DNA of 64,000 nucleotides from an uncultured delta proteobacterium (GTDB lineage Bacteria > Desulfobacterota > Binatia > UBA9968): the NCBI GenBank assembly GCA_963816145.1, contig CAWFJP010000018.1:192001-256000 (forward strand). Direction: 5' to 3'. Position 1 is the first letter of the stretch. Every line of letters starts with the position of its first letter. Below the pieces are notes generated by a model. That model had not been told where the DNA came from. It ran no database searches and worked only from the letters and a program-made list of their open reading frames with translations. Below, piece by piece: positions 41,529 through 51,644 of this stretch. A program made the translations under genes and the position numbers.

Positions 41529-42848
41529 TTACGCATACCGCGACATCGTCTGCGGCTTATATTCATCAGGCGCTTGGGTAACGAATAGCTCCGGTTCGAT
41601 GCCGTACAGCCGGCGGGCGTTGCCGCCGAGCATTTTCTCGCGCGCGCTCTGCGGCACTTGGTACTTGTCCATGTGATCGATGGCTTCCCAGACATCGGAG
41701 GCATCGAGATGCGGCATGTCGGACGACCATAGAGCGACGTTCTCGAACAGATCCCATAACCGGAGTGTAATCATCTCGTCGCTTTCGAAGGCGATGAAAC
41801 ACTGCTTGTAAAATACCTCGTGGGGGTCGCCGATTTTTTCACCGATATGCTTGTAAAGGTCAAGGTAGGTCTCGGCCTTTTCCAGCACCAGCGGCAGCCA
41901 GCTGGAGTTGGATTCCAAGATCGCCACTTTCAAACGCGGAAATTTTTCCAACCAGCCGGTCATTAGCACGACCCCGGTCCAGGTCATCGCCTCGGCCATG
42001 AAGCCGTAGGCCGCATCGCCAGCCTGCTTGGAGCCCATGATCTGCATGATGTTGGCGACGAACTGCCCCGGCGAGTAAACCATGATGTCTTCGTCCGAGA
42101 ACAGCCGCTTGCGGTTGGCGCCCATGCGCTTGTCGAGTTCCGGTGACATCGCCTCACCGCGCGACGGGAAGGTATGCATGCCCAGCACCATGCCGAGTTC
42201 CTCAAACTCGCGCCACAACGGATCGTATTCAGGAAAGGTCGGATACTTACCCTGGGCGATGATCGGCCGAACCAAAGCGGATTTGAAGCCGCGCTTGGCG
42301 ACCCGGCGCAGTTCTTCGATGGCGAAATCGACATTCTGCGTTGGCAACACGGCGGCGGGAAACAGCCGCTTCTTATCGGCGCTGCAATAATCGTAAGCCC
42401 AATCGTTGTAGGCGCGAGCGCAGATGTAAGCCGCGTCGGCGTTTTCCACCAGCGGTAGGTAAACGAAGGTCGACGGGAAAATCATCACCTGGTCGATTCC
42501 GGAAGCATCCATGTCTTTAAGCCGCGCATTGGGATCGCGCGCGCTTTTGTTGCGGCCGATGGTCTCGTCCCAGTCTTTGGTGCCGGGTTGAGTCTGGCCG
42601 ATGATCTTCTTGGTCAATCCCGGATGCCAAGTTTCTCCGGGATATTTCCACTTGTCGGGATCGCGAAAACTGATGCGCGAGTTGCGCACTAGAAACAACC
42701 GGTCCGAATCCCGATAGAAGTGCGTCTTCGCGAAATCGCGGTTGTTCTGCGGAATGTACTTGTCCCAAATCTCCGGCGGTTCGTAAATATGACTATCGCA
42801 GTCGAACACCGGAAAGTTTTTGCTTCTACCCTTTGCACTGTAAGCCAT
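41529..42848 (-). CDS. Amidohydrolase_2 family protein
   Basis: FDCDSH, RLKDMDASGID, AYNDW, MH, LES, SSDMPH. Confidence 0.9.
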   Translation of the reverse strand: MAYSAKGRSKNFPVFDCDSHIYEPPEIWDKYIPQNNRDFAKTHFYRDSDRLFLVRNSRISFRDPDKWKYPGETWHPGLTKKIIGQTQPGTKDWDETIGRNKSARDPNARLKDMDASGIDQVMIFPSTFVYLPLVENADAAYICARAYNDWAYDYCSADKKRLFPAAVLPTQNVDFAIEELRRVAKRGFKSALVRPIIAQGKYPTFPEYDPLWREFEELGMVLGMHTFPSRGEAMSPELDKRMGANRKRLFSDEDIMVYSPGQFVANIMQIMGSKQAGDAAYGFMAEAMTWTGVVLMTGWLEKFPRLKVAILESNSSWLPLVLEKAETYLDLYKHIGEKIGDPHEVFYKQCFIAFESDEMITLRLWDLFENVALWSSDMPHLDASDVWEAIDHMDKYQVPQSAREKMLGGNARRLYGIEPELFVTQAPDEYKPQTMSRYA

Positions 42849-42876
42849 GTTGCCCCTCCGTCATTTCTTGTTCTTT

Positions 42877-42906
42877 CCTTCGTGAACTTCGTGTCCTTCG
42901 TGGTGA
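42877..42906. repeat. CACCACGAAG-family half repeat
   Basis: CCTTCGTGAACTTCGTGTCCTTCGTGGTGA. Confidence 0.7.
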
Positions 42907-42916
42907 TCAGTGTCTT

Positions 42917-43726
42917 TCAGCGGTTCAAAAACTCCCGCATCATGCCATGAACCTTTTCCGGCTCGGTATAGAAGTAACTATGCCGCGCTCCCGGCAGGAC
43001 GATCAGCTTCGAGTTAAGGATGCCCTTGGCCAAGATATCCGCGCCGCTGCGGTGCGACATGTCACTGACGACGAAGTGATCATCGTCGCCGACAAAGATC
43101 AGCGTCGGCACTTTGATATCTTTCAATCGTCCGCTGGTGTCATGCTCCTGGCGCGCCAGCACATGGCGGAAGTAGAACTCCACCGGGCATAGATTCGCCA
43201 TGCGCACCTGCAGATACTTCTCAATCTCGTTCATGTGGTTGCGTGCGTACTCCTCGGTCCAGCCGACCACGATGGTGTGATCCCGGACATATTTCACATA
43301 GCCCCACTCGACCATCTCCTTGGCGATGCGTAGCGGAATGCCGCGATCGCCCGGATGGGCGGCGCCGCTGGAGGCGAGAATCAACTTATTGACTTTGCCC
43401 GGATGGTCGAGGGCGAGCAGCTGCGCCACCCGCCCGCCCATGGAGTGACCGCAAACGATGGCGCCGTCGAGGCCAAGGTGATCGAGCACCGCGACGGCAT
43501 CCTCGGCGAACATCGCCGTGCTGTATTTCGCCGACGGCTTTCCCGACAGCCCCGTGCCACGGTAATCGAGCGTCACGACGCAGTAATCGCGAGCGAACTC
43601 CGGTGTCTGATAAAGATTCCACACCGCGCCGTCGCAAGCGGTCTCGCTCAAAAACAAAAACGGCGCTCCCTTGCCAGTGGCCTCGTAGTAAATCTCAACT
43701 CCGTCTTTAGCTTTAGCATAAGGCAT
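42917..43726 (-). CDS. Alpha/beta hydrolase
   Basis: DYRGTGLS, GHSMGG, GARHS; AAGGAG RBS before ATG 43726. Confidence 0.9.
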   Translation of the reverse strand: MPYAKAKDGVEIYYEATGKGAPFLFLSETACDGAVWNLYQTPEFARDYCVVTLDYRGTGLSGKPSAKYSTAMFAEDAVAVLDHLGLDGAIVCGHSMGGRVAQLLALDHPGKVNKLILASSGAAHPGDRGIPLRIAKEMVEWGYVKYVRDHTIVVGWTEEYARNHMNEIEKYLQVRMANLCPVEFYFRHVLARQEHDTSGRLKDIKVPTLIFVGDDDHFVVSDMSHRSGADILAKGILNSKLIVLPGARHSYFYTEPEKVHGMMREFLNR

Positions 43727-43931
43727 GGATCGGTCTCCTTGCTTGCAGCAATAAACCAAGAGTGGCGTTCATGACAAGTCTAGAGTCCGGGGGTCTTGCC
43801 TTAAAGAGTGCGCCTATTAGAGACGGTCCAAGTCTGAAAACCTAGACGCTAAACACCTAACTGAAAATACCTGTTGACAGCCTGCCATCGCCCCCACTAT
43901 TCAAGGCAATACAACGATCGGAGGACAGACG

Positions 43932-44960
43932 ATGGCGAACCGATTTGTCGACTGCGACGGTCATGTCATGGAAAACACCGATGAGATCATCCGGCTCGTC
44001 GGCGAACCGTTCAAAACCACCGGCCACATGAATCCGCGGCGGGTGTTGCCAAGCCTCGACCGCTTCCACACGCCGCGCTTGGAAGAGCGCAAGCCCGGCA
44101 CCTTCGATCCCACCGTCGGCCCGGAAAAATGGGTGCAGTTTCTCGACAAGATGGGTCTCGAATTCAGCGCGCTGTTCCCCACCGAAGGACTCGCCTACGG
44201 CCAGGTCGCCTTCGCGCCCTGGGCGATCGCCTACGCCAAAGCCTACAACGACTGGCTCGTCGCGAAGTATTTAAAGTACAACTCGCGCCTCAAAGGCGTC
44301 GCCTTGATTCCGCTGCAAGATGTCCCCGCTGCCGTAACCGAGTTGCGGCGGGCAATAAAAGACCTGGGTATGGTTGGCGCCATGCTGCCATCCAATGGTT
44401 TGAATCCGCATCTGAGCGCCAAACATTTCTGGCCGGTGTATGAAGAAGCGGCCAAGCTTGACTGTGCGCTGGCCGTGCATGGCGGTTGCTATGGCGACTT
44501 GGGATTCAACACTTACACGGTCTTCCCGGCCACCCGCGCCCTCGGCATGCCGGTTCCCCTCGCGATCGCCGCCACCGGTATGATCGTCGACGGCGTGTTC
44601 GATGAGTTTCCAACCTTGCGCGTCGGGTTCTTGGAAGGCGGCACCTGCTGGATACCCATGGTCCTCGACCGGTTGGCGAGAGAGCAAGAATATGGCGGCT
44701 TGCGGATCAATCGAAAGCCGGTGGACTACTTCACCTGCGGTAAAATATTCTGCAGTTGCGAAGGCAACGAGAAAGCGCTCGCCTACGCCATCGAACGGGT
44801 CGGCCCGGCGCCATTCATGTTCGCCTCGGACTTCCCCCATGAAATTTCGTTGGATAATTGCTTGGAAGAGATCGACGAAATCCAAGTGCGCAAAGATCTC
44901 AAGGACGAACACAAAGCCGCGATCTTGGGCGAGAACGCGCGGCGCTATTACAAAATCTAG
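43932..44960 (+). CDS. Amidohydrolase_2 family protein
   Basis: VDCDGH, AYNDW, VH, LEGG, ASDFPH, LGENA. Confidence 0.9.
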   Translation: MANRFVDCDGHVMENTDEIIRLVGEPFKTTGHMNPRRVLPSLDRFHTPRLEERKPGTFDPTVGPEKWVQFLDKMGLEFSALFPTEGLAYGQVAFAPWAIAYAKAYNDWLVAKYLKYNSRLKGVALIPLQDVPAAVTELRRAIKDLGMVGAMLPSNGLNPHLSAKHFWPVYEEAAKLDCALAVHGGCYGDLGFNTYTVFPATRALGMPVPLAIAATGMIVDGVFDEFPTLRVGFLEGGTCWIPMVLDRLAREQEYGGLRINRKPVDYFTCGKIFCSCEGNEKALAYAIERVGPAPFMFASDFPHEISLDNCLEEIDEIQVRKDLKDEHKAAILGENARRYYKI

Positions 44961-44988
44961 GCTGTCGGCAAAAGCGCGGGGTTCAATT

Positions 44989-46011
44989 ATGAAAATGACC
45001 ATCCGAAACCTTCGTGTCCTTCGTGCCTTCGTGGTGAGTAGCCTACTGGCAGTTTCGTTCACTGCCCAAGCGCAGACCCTGACGCCGATCCTGGTCGCCT
45101 ACGCCGGCCAAAACGAAACCGCCGGTCCCATGTGGGTCGGTGTCGAGCGCGGTACTTTCAGAAAATACGGCCTCGATGTCCGCATGGTACAGCTGCGCAA
45201 CGGCTCCCTCAGCATGGCGACTCTCGCCAACGGCCAGGTACAATACAACTACGGCTCGCCGGCCAACGCTCTGAGCGCCGCGGCCGGCGGCATGCGCCTC
45301 CAATGCGTCGCCTCTGCCGTGGCCAAGATTCCCCGCGAGCTGGTCGCGCGCAAAGAAATCCGCACGCTCGAAGAGCTGCGCGGCAAGTCGTTCGGCGTGC
45401 AAAGCATCGGCGGCGGTTTCTGGCTGCAAACCATGATCGCGTTAGATTTTCTCGGCATCGATCCGGACAAGTACGATCTCAAGATGCGCATCTTGGGCGA
45501 CACTGCCACGGTCACCCAGGCGCTCGGTACCGGCGGCGTCGACGCCACGGTAATTCCTTACAGCTTCAGCGAAGCCGCCAAACGCGCCGGCGCCAACGTT
45601 CTGGCCGACATCGGCAAATTGCCGATCCCCTACCAAGGCACGACGATCTGCTTTTTGCGTGACTCACCGTCGCACAACCCGGATATCATTTCCCGCTTAC
45701 TCAAAGGCCTGGTCGATTCCGTAGTTATGATTCACGATCCCAGCGCCAGACTCGATGTCACCGAGATCCTGCGCAAGAGTTTTCGTTTTCCCCGGCTCGA
45801 AGACGCCGAGGCGTCGTACAAAGTGCTGGGACAAATGGCAACCATCGACCTACTGCCGGATGTCGCGGCTTGGAAAATCGTCCAGCGCATCGTCGCCCGC
45901 ATCAACCCCAAAGTCGCCCAGGTCGATATCACCCAACTGAACAACCCGGCCTATGTCCGCGCTCTCGAAGACAGCGGCTTTTTGCCTGACGCCCGGCGCA
46001 GGTTGCGATGA
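44989..46011 (+). CDS. NMT1/SsuA-type ABC substrate-binding protein
   Basis: ATG 44989 gives a signal peptide ending AQA; KYGLDV, ELRGKSFGV. Confidence 0.85.
   Translation: MKMTIRNLRVLRAFVVSSLLAVSFTAQAQTLTPILVAYAGQNETAGPMWVGVERGTFRKYGLDVRMVQLRNGSLSMATLANGQVQYNYGSPANALSAAAGGMRLQCVASAVAKIPRELVARKEIRTLEELRGKSFGVQSIGGGFWLQTMIALDFLGIDPDKYDLKMRILGDTATVTQALGTGGVDATVIPYSFSEAAKRAGANVLADIGKLPIPYQGTTICFLRDSPSHNPDIISRLLKGLVDSVVMIHDPSARLDVTEILRKSFRFPRLEDAEASYKVLGQMATIDLLPDVAAWKIVQRIVARINPKVAQVDITQLNNPAYVRALEDSGFLPDARRRLR
45001..45037. repeat. CACCACGAAG-family half repeat inside a signal-peptide coding region
   Basis: ATCCGAAACCTTCGTGTCCTTCGTGCCTTCGTGGTGA, nearly identical to the right arms at 46070 and 51595. 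Confidence 0.8.
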
Positions 46012-46024
46012 CTGCGACGGACCA

Positions 46025-46107
46025 TTCACCACGAAGGGCACGAAGAGCACGAACTTCGGAAGAATATTCATCCGAAATCTTCGTGTCCTTCGTGCCTTCG
46101 TGGTGAA
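46025..46107. repeat. CACCACGAAG-family full hairpin
   Basis: TTCACCACGAAGGGCACGAAGAGCACGAA ... TTCGTGTCCTTCGTGCCTTCGTGGTGAA. Confidence 0.85.
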
Positions 46108-46165
46108 GTAATAAACCGCACATGGCGCATCATCCGCACCACCATTAGAAAAGGAACATACCATC

Positions 46166-47323
46166 ATGCTGCAAGGTTACCGCATCTTTGACGCCGACGC
46201 TCACGGCTCGATCAATCCCAGCATGTGGGGAGACTTGCCGGAAAAGTTTCGCGCGCGACGGCCGCGGCCGGTGACGATTCATGACGATGCGGGATTAGGC
46301 AATTTCAACGCCGGATGGTTGATCGAGGGTTCGCTCGAACCGCACGCTCTCGGTCCCGGCGCTCAACAAGCGAATACACCACGCAATGTGTTAGTAGAGT
46401 TTGGCGCCAACCTGAGTCGCGAGCATTGTTCCATCGGCAGCATGACGCTCAACGATCCGCGGGCGCGGCTGGCAGACATGAATCGCATGGGTTTCGATGT
46501 CCAAATGATTTTCCCAAGCACGCTTTACGCTCATATGACCAACGACCCGGAATTCGAAGCGGCGCTGTGCCGCGCTTACAACCGTTTTGTCGCCAAGCAG
46601 TGCGCGGCCAACTCCCAACGTCTCAAATGGTCGGGCTTATTGCCGCTGCGCGAGCCGCGCCAGGCGCTGGCGGCCATCGAAGAGATGCAGCGCTTGGGCG
46701 CGCGCGCCGCCGTGGTGTTCGGCACCGCCGGTGAACGGCTGCTTTCCGATCCGAGCTTTCTGCCGATTTGGGATGAGTTCGCCAAAACCAAGCTGCCGCT
46801 CTGCGTCCACATGGGCATGAGCTATCCGCCGCTGGCCCAGCTAGGCCGGAGCATTTACGACGGTCATATCATCGGCATGTCTTTGCCGGCGCAGTTGGCG
46901 TTCATGGCTATCGTCGGCCACCGCATGCTCGATCGTTATCAAGAGTTGAAAGTGGCGTTTTTGGAATTTGGCGCCGAGTGGATTTTCTACATGGTGTCGC
47001 GCATGGACCATTATCTGCCGCTCGACCGCGGCGCCCACCCGTTCGGCTTGAGCATGCCCAACGCCGCCGACCTGCCGCGCGCCAGTATCCGCGACTACGT
47101 CAAATCCGGCCGTATCTTTATGGCCGCCGAAGCCGACGATCGCATGTTACAGCAACTATTTGACTTGATCGGCGAAGACCAGGTGCTGTTCTCTTCGGAC
47201 TTTCCCCATGGCGAAGGCCGCGACAACGCCGCCCTGGAAATTCTCGAACGGCCGGACCTTTCTGCTTTACAGAAGCGCAAACTGCTTTATGACAACACCG
47301 TGCGCTTTTTCGGCGAGCCGTGA
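46166..47323 (+). CDS. Amidohydrolase_2 family protein
   Basis: FDADAH, RLADM, AYNRF, VH, LEFG, SSDFPH. Confidence 0.9.
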   Translation: MLQGYRIFDADAHGSINPSMWGDLPEKFRARRPRPVTIHDDAGLGNFNAGWLIEGSLEPHALGPGAQQANTPRNVLVEFGANLSREHCSIGSMTLNDPRARLADMNRMGFDVQMIFPSTLYAHMTNDPEFEAALCRAYNRFVAKQCAANSQRLKWSGLLPLREPRQALAAIEEMQRLGARAAVVFGTAGERLLSDPSFLPIWDEFAKTKLPLCVHMGMSYPPLAQLGRSIYDGHIIGMSLPAQLAFMAIVGHRMLDRYQELKVAFLEFGAEWIFYMVSRMDHYLPLDRGAHPFGLSMPNAADLPRASIRDYVKSGRIFMAAEADDRMLQQLFDLIGEDQVLFSSDFPHGEGRDNAALEILERPDLSALQKRKLLYDNTVRFFGEP

Positions 47324-47482
47324 TAGTTCTCAGCTACCAGTGCTATTTTCTGATCTCTGGTTTTATTCCCGGCTTAGCGGCTTGCCAGATACTGTGGCCA
47401 CAGCTTCCCCAAACGGGCGGCGACGTTGTTATAATCCCCAACTGAAGGCGGCAAGATTGCACTCAACTGGGATGACTAACGC

Positions 47483-48328
47483 CTAACGCGGTGATAAGGA
47501 TTCGGCGAATTTAAGAATCAACGCATTGAAGCGTTTCGGTTCGTCGACAAACAAGGTATGTCCGGCATCTTTGAAGACTTGCACCTCGGTGCCGGGCCGG
47601 TTTTTTTGCAGATTGGCCGCCTGCTCCTCGAATTGCGGCGTGACGACATAAAGCAGCGGCTTCGTGAATGCATGCACGATCTCTTTCCAGTGGTTACGGG
47701 GGAACGGATAGGACAACAGCGCTATACTTTGATCCAGCGACATGCGTTTGGCACCGTCGACCATGGCGTGAATTTCGGCGTCGCTGCGAGGTGACTTGAA
47801 GATCGCCCGAACGAAGCCATCCAAAGCCTTGTCACGATCGTTGCGCAGCGCTTGCAGAAAAGTGTCGCCCGGCGGCGGCGCCGGCTCCTCGCCGACAGAA
47901 CTGTCGACTAGCACCATGCCCGCCAACCGGCTGGAGCCGAACATATGTACGTACTGCAATGATTCAATGGCGCCGAGGGACCAACCGATCAGCAGGACAT
48001 TATTTAACGGATCGAGAAATTCTTTGAGATCCTTGGCTCGCCGTTCTGCGGTGAAGCCATCCGCCGGCACCTGCGAGGCGCCCTGGCCGCGCGGATCGAT
48101 GGCGAGTGAGTAATAGCTCCGGCCGAATTCGTCAAGTTGATTCTGCCAGATACTCGCAGGCATCGACCAGCCGGTGACCATGGCGATCTTGAGATTGCCG
48201 CTGGCGGCGTATTCTCGTCCCGACTCGAGGACCGAAAGAACCACGCCGTCGCTGGTTTGAAACGAACGGCGAGTGATCTGGGTGGCACAGCCTTGTGCCA
48301 TGAGGACGAGGCAGCTCACGAGGAGCAA
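47483..48328 (-). CDS. Alpha/beta hydrolase, putative lipoprotein
   Basis: AQGC lipobox-like, DPRGQG, GWSLG, AGHTLF. Confidence 0.85.
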   Translation of the reverse strand: MLLVSCLVLMAQGCATQITRRSFQTSDGVVLSVLESGREYAASGNLKIAMVTGWSMPASIWQNQLDEFGRSYYSLAIDPRGQGASQVPADGFTAERRAKDLKEFLDPLNNVLLIGWSLGAIESLQYVHMFGSSRLAGMVLVDSSVGEEPAPPPGDTFLQALRNDRDKALDGFVRAIFKSPRSDAEIHAMVDGAKRMSLDQSIALLSYPFPRNHWKEIVHAFTKPLLYVVTPQFEEQAANLQKNRPGTEVQVFKDAGHTLFVDEPKRFNALILKFAESLSPR

Positions 48329-48338
48329 CTGTCGTAGA

Positions 48339-49502
48339 CTAATTTGAATTGCGTTCCTTGGTGGCGAGTATTAGAGCGCCCTGACCGCCGCGCCAATGAT
48401 AACCGAAAGCAAACGGCAACTCATTGGTCTGCACCTTGGCCTTAAAGGCCGCGTCGAGATCTTTTTGATATCCATATCCCATCGGCTTGATCGGCTTATT
48501 ATACTTGCCGTAGAGCTTCGCCTGCCAAGGAGTCTGATTGATGAAGCGATAGGGAATACCGGTGTCGTCTTGCACCAAAAGATCCGCGGAGTCCAAAACC
48601 ATCGCCCGAGTCTTGGAAAACTGGGCATCGTGCAAGAGGTATGACGCCGACTTGATAAGCGCGCTGGCGGGCCGGTTCTGACCAACCCAATTGAGAAAGT
48701 CCGGATAGTATTCCAGAGCCTTATCGGTCGCATCTAAGGAAAAGTAATAGAGCTGCTGCACACCCGGTGCGCCCGGGTTGGAAAATTCGATACGCACCCC
48801 ACGCAGGAGCAGACGTGGCCGTTTGCCTTCCGGTGAATCATAAACCTTAGTCAACTCTGGGAACAAATCGATGGGTTCGATACGCACGATCCGGCGATTC
48901 ATCAGTGCCATCATGGTCGCCATTACCGGCACGGTGCCGCGGATCCATGGGGTCGTGAGCTGTTTGTTCATGTACGAAGTTATAAAATAATTGCGTTCGA
49001 AAATATCGCGAAATGCCCCACGCACGTCGGTGAGCAGCTTGGCAAACTGTTGCATGGTCACCGATTCTAGATCAGGTAACGTACCAGGACGCTCTAGGCT
49101 AAAGAAAACGTAGCGGGAATGTTCCGGAAAAAAAGCATAGGCGTTGAAAAAGTCCGGCCCGCTAAAAGGATAAAGCAGGGTTTTTTTCTGGGGATTGGCG
49201 ATTTTAAGCTCATGATCGCGCCACCCTTCAACCGTCTTGATTCGTCCGCGCACCTCGGCCCACTGGGAAGTCATCCACTTCTGATGCTCTTTCCACGCAT
49301 CGAGTTCGAGCAAGTGGTTGAATGCCGGCTCGGCTGGATTCGGCGTGATACCCGCCAGCAGCTGTGCGGTGGCGGTCGCCCGACGATTAAACTCCGGAGT
49401 CGGCGTTTCAACAGCGGCGGTTGGACTGTTGCTAGCCAATAAAGCACCGATGACGATCCACCCAAAGATTTTATTGTAGGTTAAAGCCCTTTTAAAATTC
49501 AT
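48339..49502 (-). CDS. Hypothetical exported protein
   Basis: Signal-like N-terminus; LLYPFSGPDF, KSASYLLH and QDDTGIP look like conserved blocks; function unknown. Confidence 0.8.
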   Translation of the reverse strand: MNFKRALTYNKIFGWIVIGALLASNSPTAAVETPTPEFNRRATATAQLLAGITPNPAEPAFNHLLELDAWKEHQKWMTSQWAEVRGRIKTVEGWRDHELKIANPQKKTLLYPFSGPDFFNAYAFFPEHSRYVFFSLERPGTLPDLESVTMQQFAKLLTDVRGAFRDIFERNYFITSYMNKQLTTPWIRGTVPVMATMMALMNRRIVRIEPIDLFPELTKVYDSPEGKRPRLLLRGVRIEFSNPGAPGVQQLYYFSLDATDKALEYYPDFLNWVGQNRPASALIKSASYLLHDAQFSKTRAMVLDSADLLVQDDTGIPYRFINQTPWQAKLYGKYNKPIKPMGYGYQKDLDAAFKAKVQTNELPFAFGYHWRGGQGALILATKERNSN

Positions 49503-49774
49503 AACTTATTTTACCAAAATACCAGTGAACCTTTTCATTAACGAAGAACCATTTGCAAGTACGCGAGACAACCTCTGTAGCTTAGACGCTAAGAATAGCA
49601 TTATCACCCCGCTATCTGTCAAATATTATATATTAGAGTGGTAGTGATTTGCCCGATCGCCCAGTGCCCAATCGCCGTAAGCCACAGCGCCGGCGCCGCT
49701 TCCCATCCGCGGATAGTTACGATAAGTAGGGATTCACATTCTTGCCGGTCGCAATCTCTCAGGAGGAATCCAAA

Positions 49775-50482
49775 GTGTCAGGCTGGAAAGCACGCATCGG
49801 CTACCTATCACCATCGGTATTTGAAACGCCATCGGATTGGGATCGGATCCTACCGGAAGGCTTTACCATTGTCTCCTCTGGTCTGAACGTCCAATCTCAC
49901 ACTGAAACTGAGTTTAACAAGGCGATTGATGCTCTCGGCGCCGGCCTCGGCATCTTCAAAGCAGAGGAGTGCGACGCGATCTTGCTGGGCGGCATCACTC
50001 TCGGCACCCAACGCGGCTACGCCGTCGAGCAGGAAGTCGTCGCCAGACTATCGCAACAAGTTGGCCTGCCGGTGAGCACCGCCATGAGCGCGACGGTGCA
50101 GGCCCTCAAGCACCTAAAGGTCAATTCCACGGTGATCGCGACGGCTTATAAAGAATCGATCAATCAAGCCGTGCAGAGATACTACGAAGACGGCGGCATC
50201 AAGGTGCTGGCGATCAAAGGCTTGGAGGTTTCCAAACCGGTCGACCAGGTGAAGCTGCCGGACTATTCATCCTACAAAGTCGCCCGCGAGCTCTGGCGGC
50301 AAAATCCCGGCGTCGAAAGCCTGCTCTTGCAAGGCCGCTGGCGCACGGTCGCTTACATTCAAGAGTTGGAAAACGACACACAACTGCCGGTGGTGGCCTC
50401 CACGGCCGCGTCGCTCTGGTGGGTGATGCAAACGCTGGGGATCAAAGCGCCTGTCCCAGGCTTCGGTCGTCTGCTAGCCTAA
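49775..50482 (+). CDS. Maleate isomerase / arylmalonate decarboxylase-like protein
   Basis: AGGAGG RBS before GTG; GWKARIGYLSPS, IATAY, LENDTQLPVVAS, GFGRLL. Confidence 0.8.
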   Translation: MSGWKARIGYLSPSVFETPSDWDRILPEGFTIVSSGLNVQSHTETEFNKAIDALGAGLGIFKAEECDAILLGGITLGTQRGYAVEQEVVARLSQQVGLPVSTAMSATVQALKHLKVNSTVIATAYKESINQAVQRYYEDGGIKVLAIKGLEVSKPVDQVKLPDYSSYKVARELWRQNPGVESLLLQGRWRTVAYIQELENDTQLPVVASTAASLWWVMQTLGIKAPVPGFGRLLA

Positions 50483-50524
50483 ACAGCGTCGATCGAAGTA
50501 GCCTCGGTCAAGCCCAGCGGGACG

Positions 50525-51478
50525 TCAGTCGCCCAACCAAACGATGCGCGGCGCTCTGCTTTCGGGGATGCGCTTTTCCGAACCCATCGTCGCCGCGCTC
50601 AAATCCTCCCCAGTCAGCAGTTCGTAAAGTTTGCCCATGGCCGCCGGGCTATTCAAGCGCTTGAACCCGGCGGCACGGCCCATTTCCTGAATTTGATTGG
50701 CCATCGACGCCAAGGGCATCGGAATCTCCAACTTGGCAGCGATGTTCAAGGCTTGGCGAAAATCTTTGTAACTGTTGCTGAGCGCGCCGCCATTATTGTT
50801 GTTGCGCTTCATGAACTCTTCCATTCGCGCTGCTGACGCCGGCGAGCCGGTGCTCTGCATAAGTTGGAGAAAAAGTTTGGGATCGGCGCCCTGGGCGGTG
50901 AGCCAAGAACAGATTTCCGCCGTGATGATGTTATTGGTGGTCGAATACAAAATGATCGCGATCTTGAATGCCTTGGGCATCCAAGGCTCCGGCAGGCAAA
51001 CGATCGTCTGCGCCACAGCGTTTAAAAATTTGGCGCTGGATTCGATCTGGCTCTTGGCGCCGCCGATGACGATGGCAAACTGCCCTTTGGGGATGACCAC
51101 CGCCGGCGCTCCGCTGGCATGAATCGTCCCGCCAATGAAGGTCGCTTCTTTTTCCTGCAAACGTTCTTGCAGTTCTCGGGCGCAGTCCGGGTCGGTGCCG
51201 CTCAAATCGACCAGCGCCATTCCCGGTCTCAGCGCTTCGAAGGCACCGCCGGCGCCAAACACCGCGCTGCGAACTTCAACCGACGACGGCACCAAGGTGA
51301 TCGTGATATCGCCCACCGCCGCCGCCGCAGTTTTGGCTGCGTGCGCGCCAAGCTGCACCACCCTCGCCACCGCGGCCGCATCGATGTCGAATACGGTCAG
51401 CGCGTAACCCGCCGCCAAAATCCGCTCCGCCATCGGCCGCCCGGCATTTCCAAGTCCGATCAAACCAATTTTTTGCAT
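50525..51478 (-). CDS. Beta-hydroxyacid dehydrogenase family NAD(P)-dependent oxidoreductase
   Basis: KIGLIGLGNAG, VDLSGTDP, catalytic-type K (AFKIA), KDF. Confidence 0.85.
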   Translation of the reverse strand: MQKIGLIGLGNAGRPMAERILAAGYALTVFDIDAAAVARVVQLGAHAAKTAAAAVGDITITLVPSSVEVRSAVFGAGGAFEALRPGMALVDLSGTDPDCARELQERLQEKEATFIGGTIHASGAPAVVIPKGQFAIVIGGAKSQIESSAKFLNAVAQTIVCLPEPWMPKAFKIAIILYSTTNNIITAEICSWLTAQGADPKLFLQLMQSTGSPASAARMEEFMKRNNNNGGALSNSYKDFRQALNIAAKLEIPMPLASMANQIQEMGRAAGFKRLNSPAAMGKLYELLTGEDLSAATMGSEKRIPESRAPRIVWLGD

Positions 51479-51548
51479 CTGCTCCTCTTATTTCGTCGCA
51501 GTCATCTTGCGGTGAATTAATGATTTAGTTGCCACGAGATAATTCAAG

Positions 51549-51631
51549 TTCACCACGAAGGACGCGAAGAGCATGAAGTTCGGAGTTTTGCTCATCCGAA
51601 ACCTTCGTGTCCTTCGTGATCTTCGTGGTGA
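51549..51631. repeat. CACCACGAAG-family full hairpin between co-directional genes
   Basis: TTCACCACGAAGGACGCGAAG ... CTTCGTGATCTTCGTGGTGA. Confidence 0.85.
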
Positions 51632-51644
51632 TGTTCTAATTCCA

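Noticed and set aside
44602-44988. N-terminal extension of the 469-aa ORF
   Set aside because: Overlaps the amidohydrolase in another frame; ATG 44989 gives a normal signal peptide
46025-46107. CRISPR array or tRNA/ncRNA reading of the hairpin repeats
   Set aside because: Dispersed palindromes with no repeat-spacer periodicity, no cas genes and no cloverleaf
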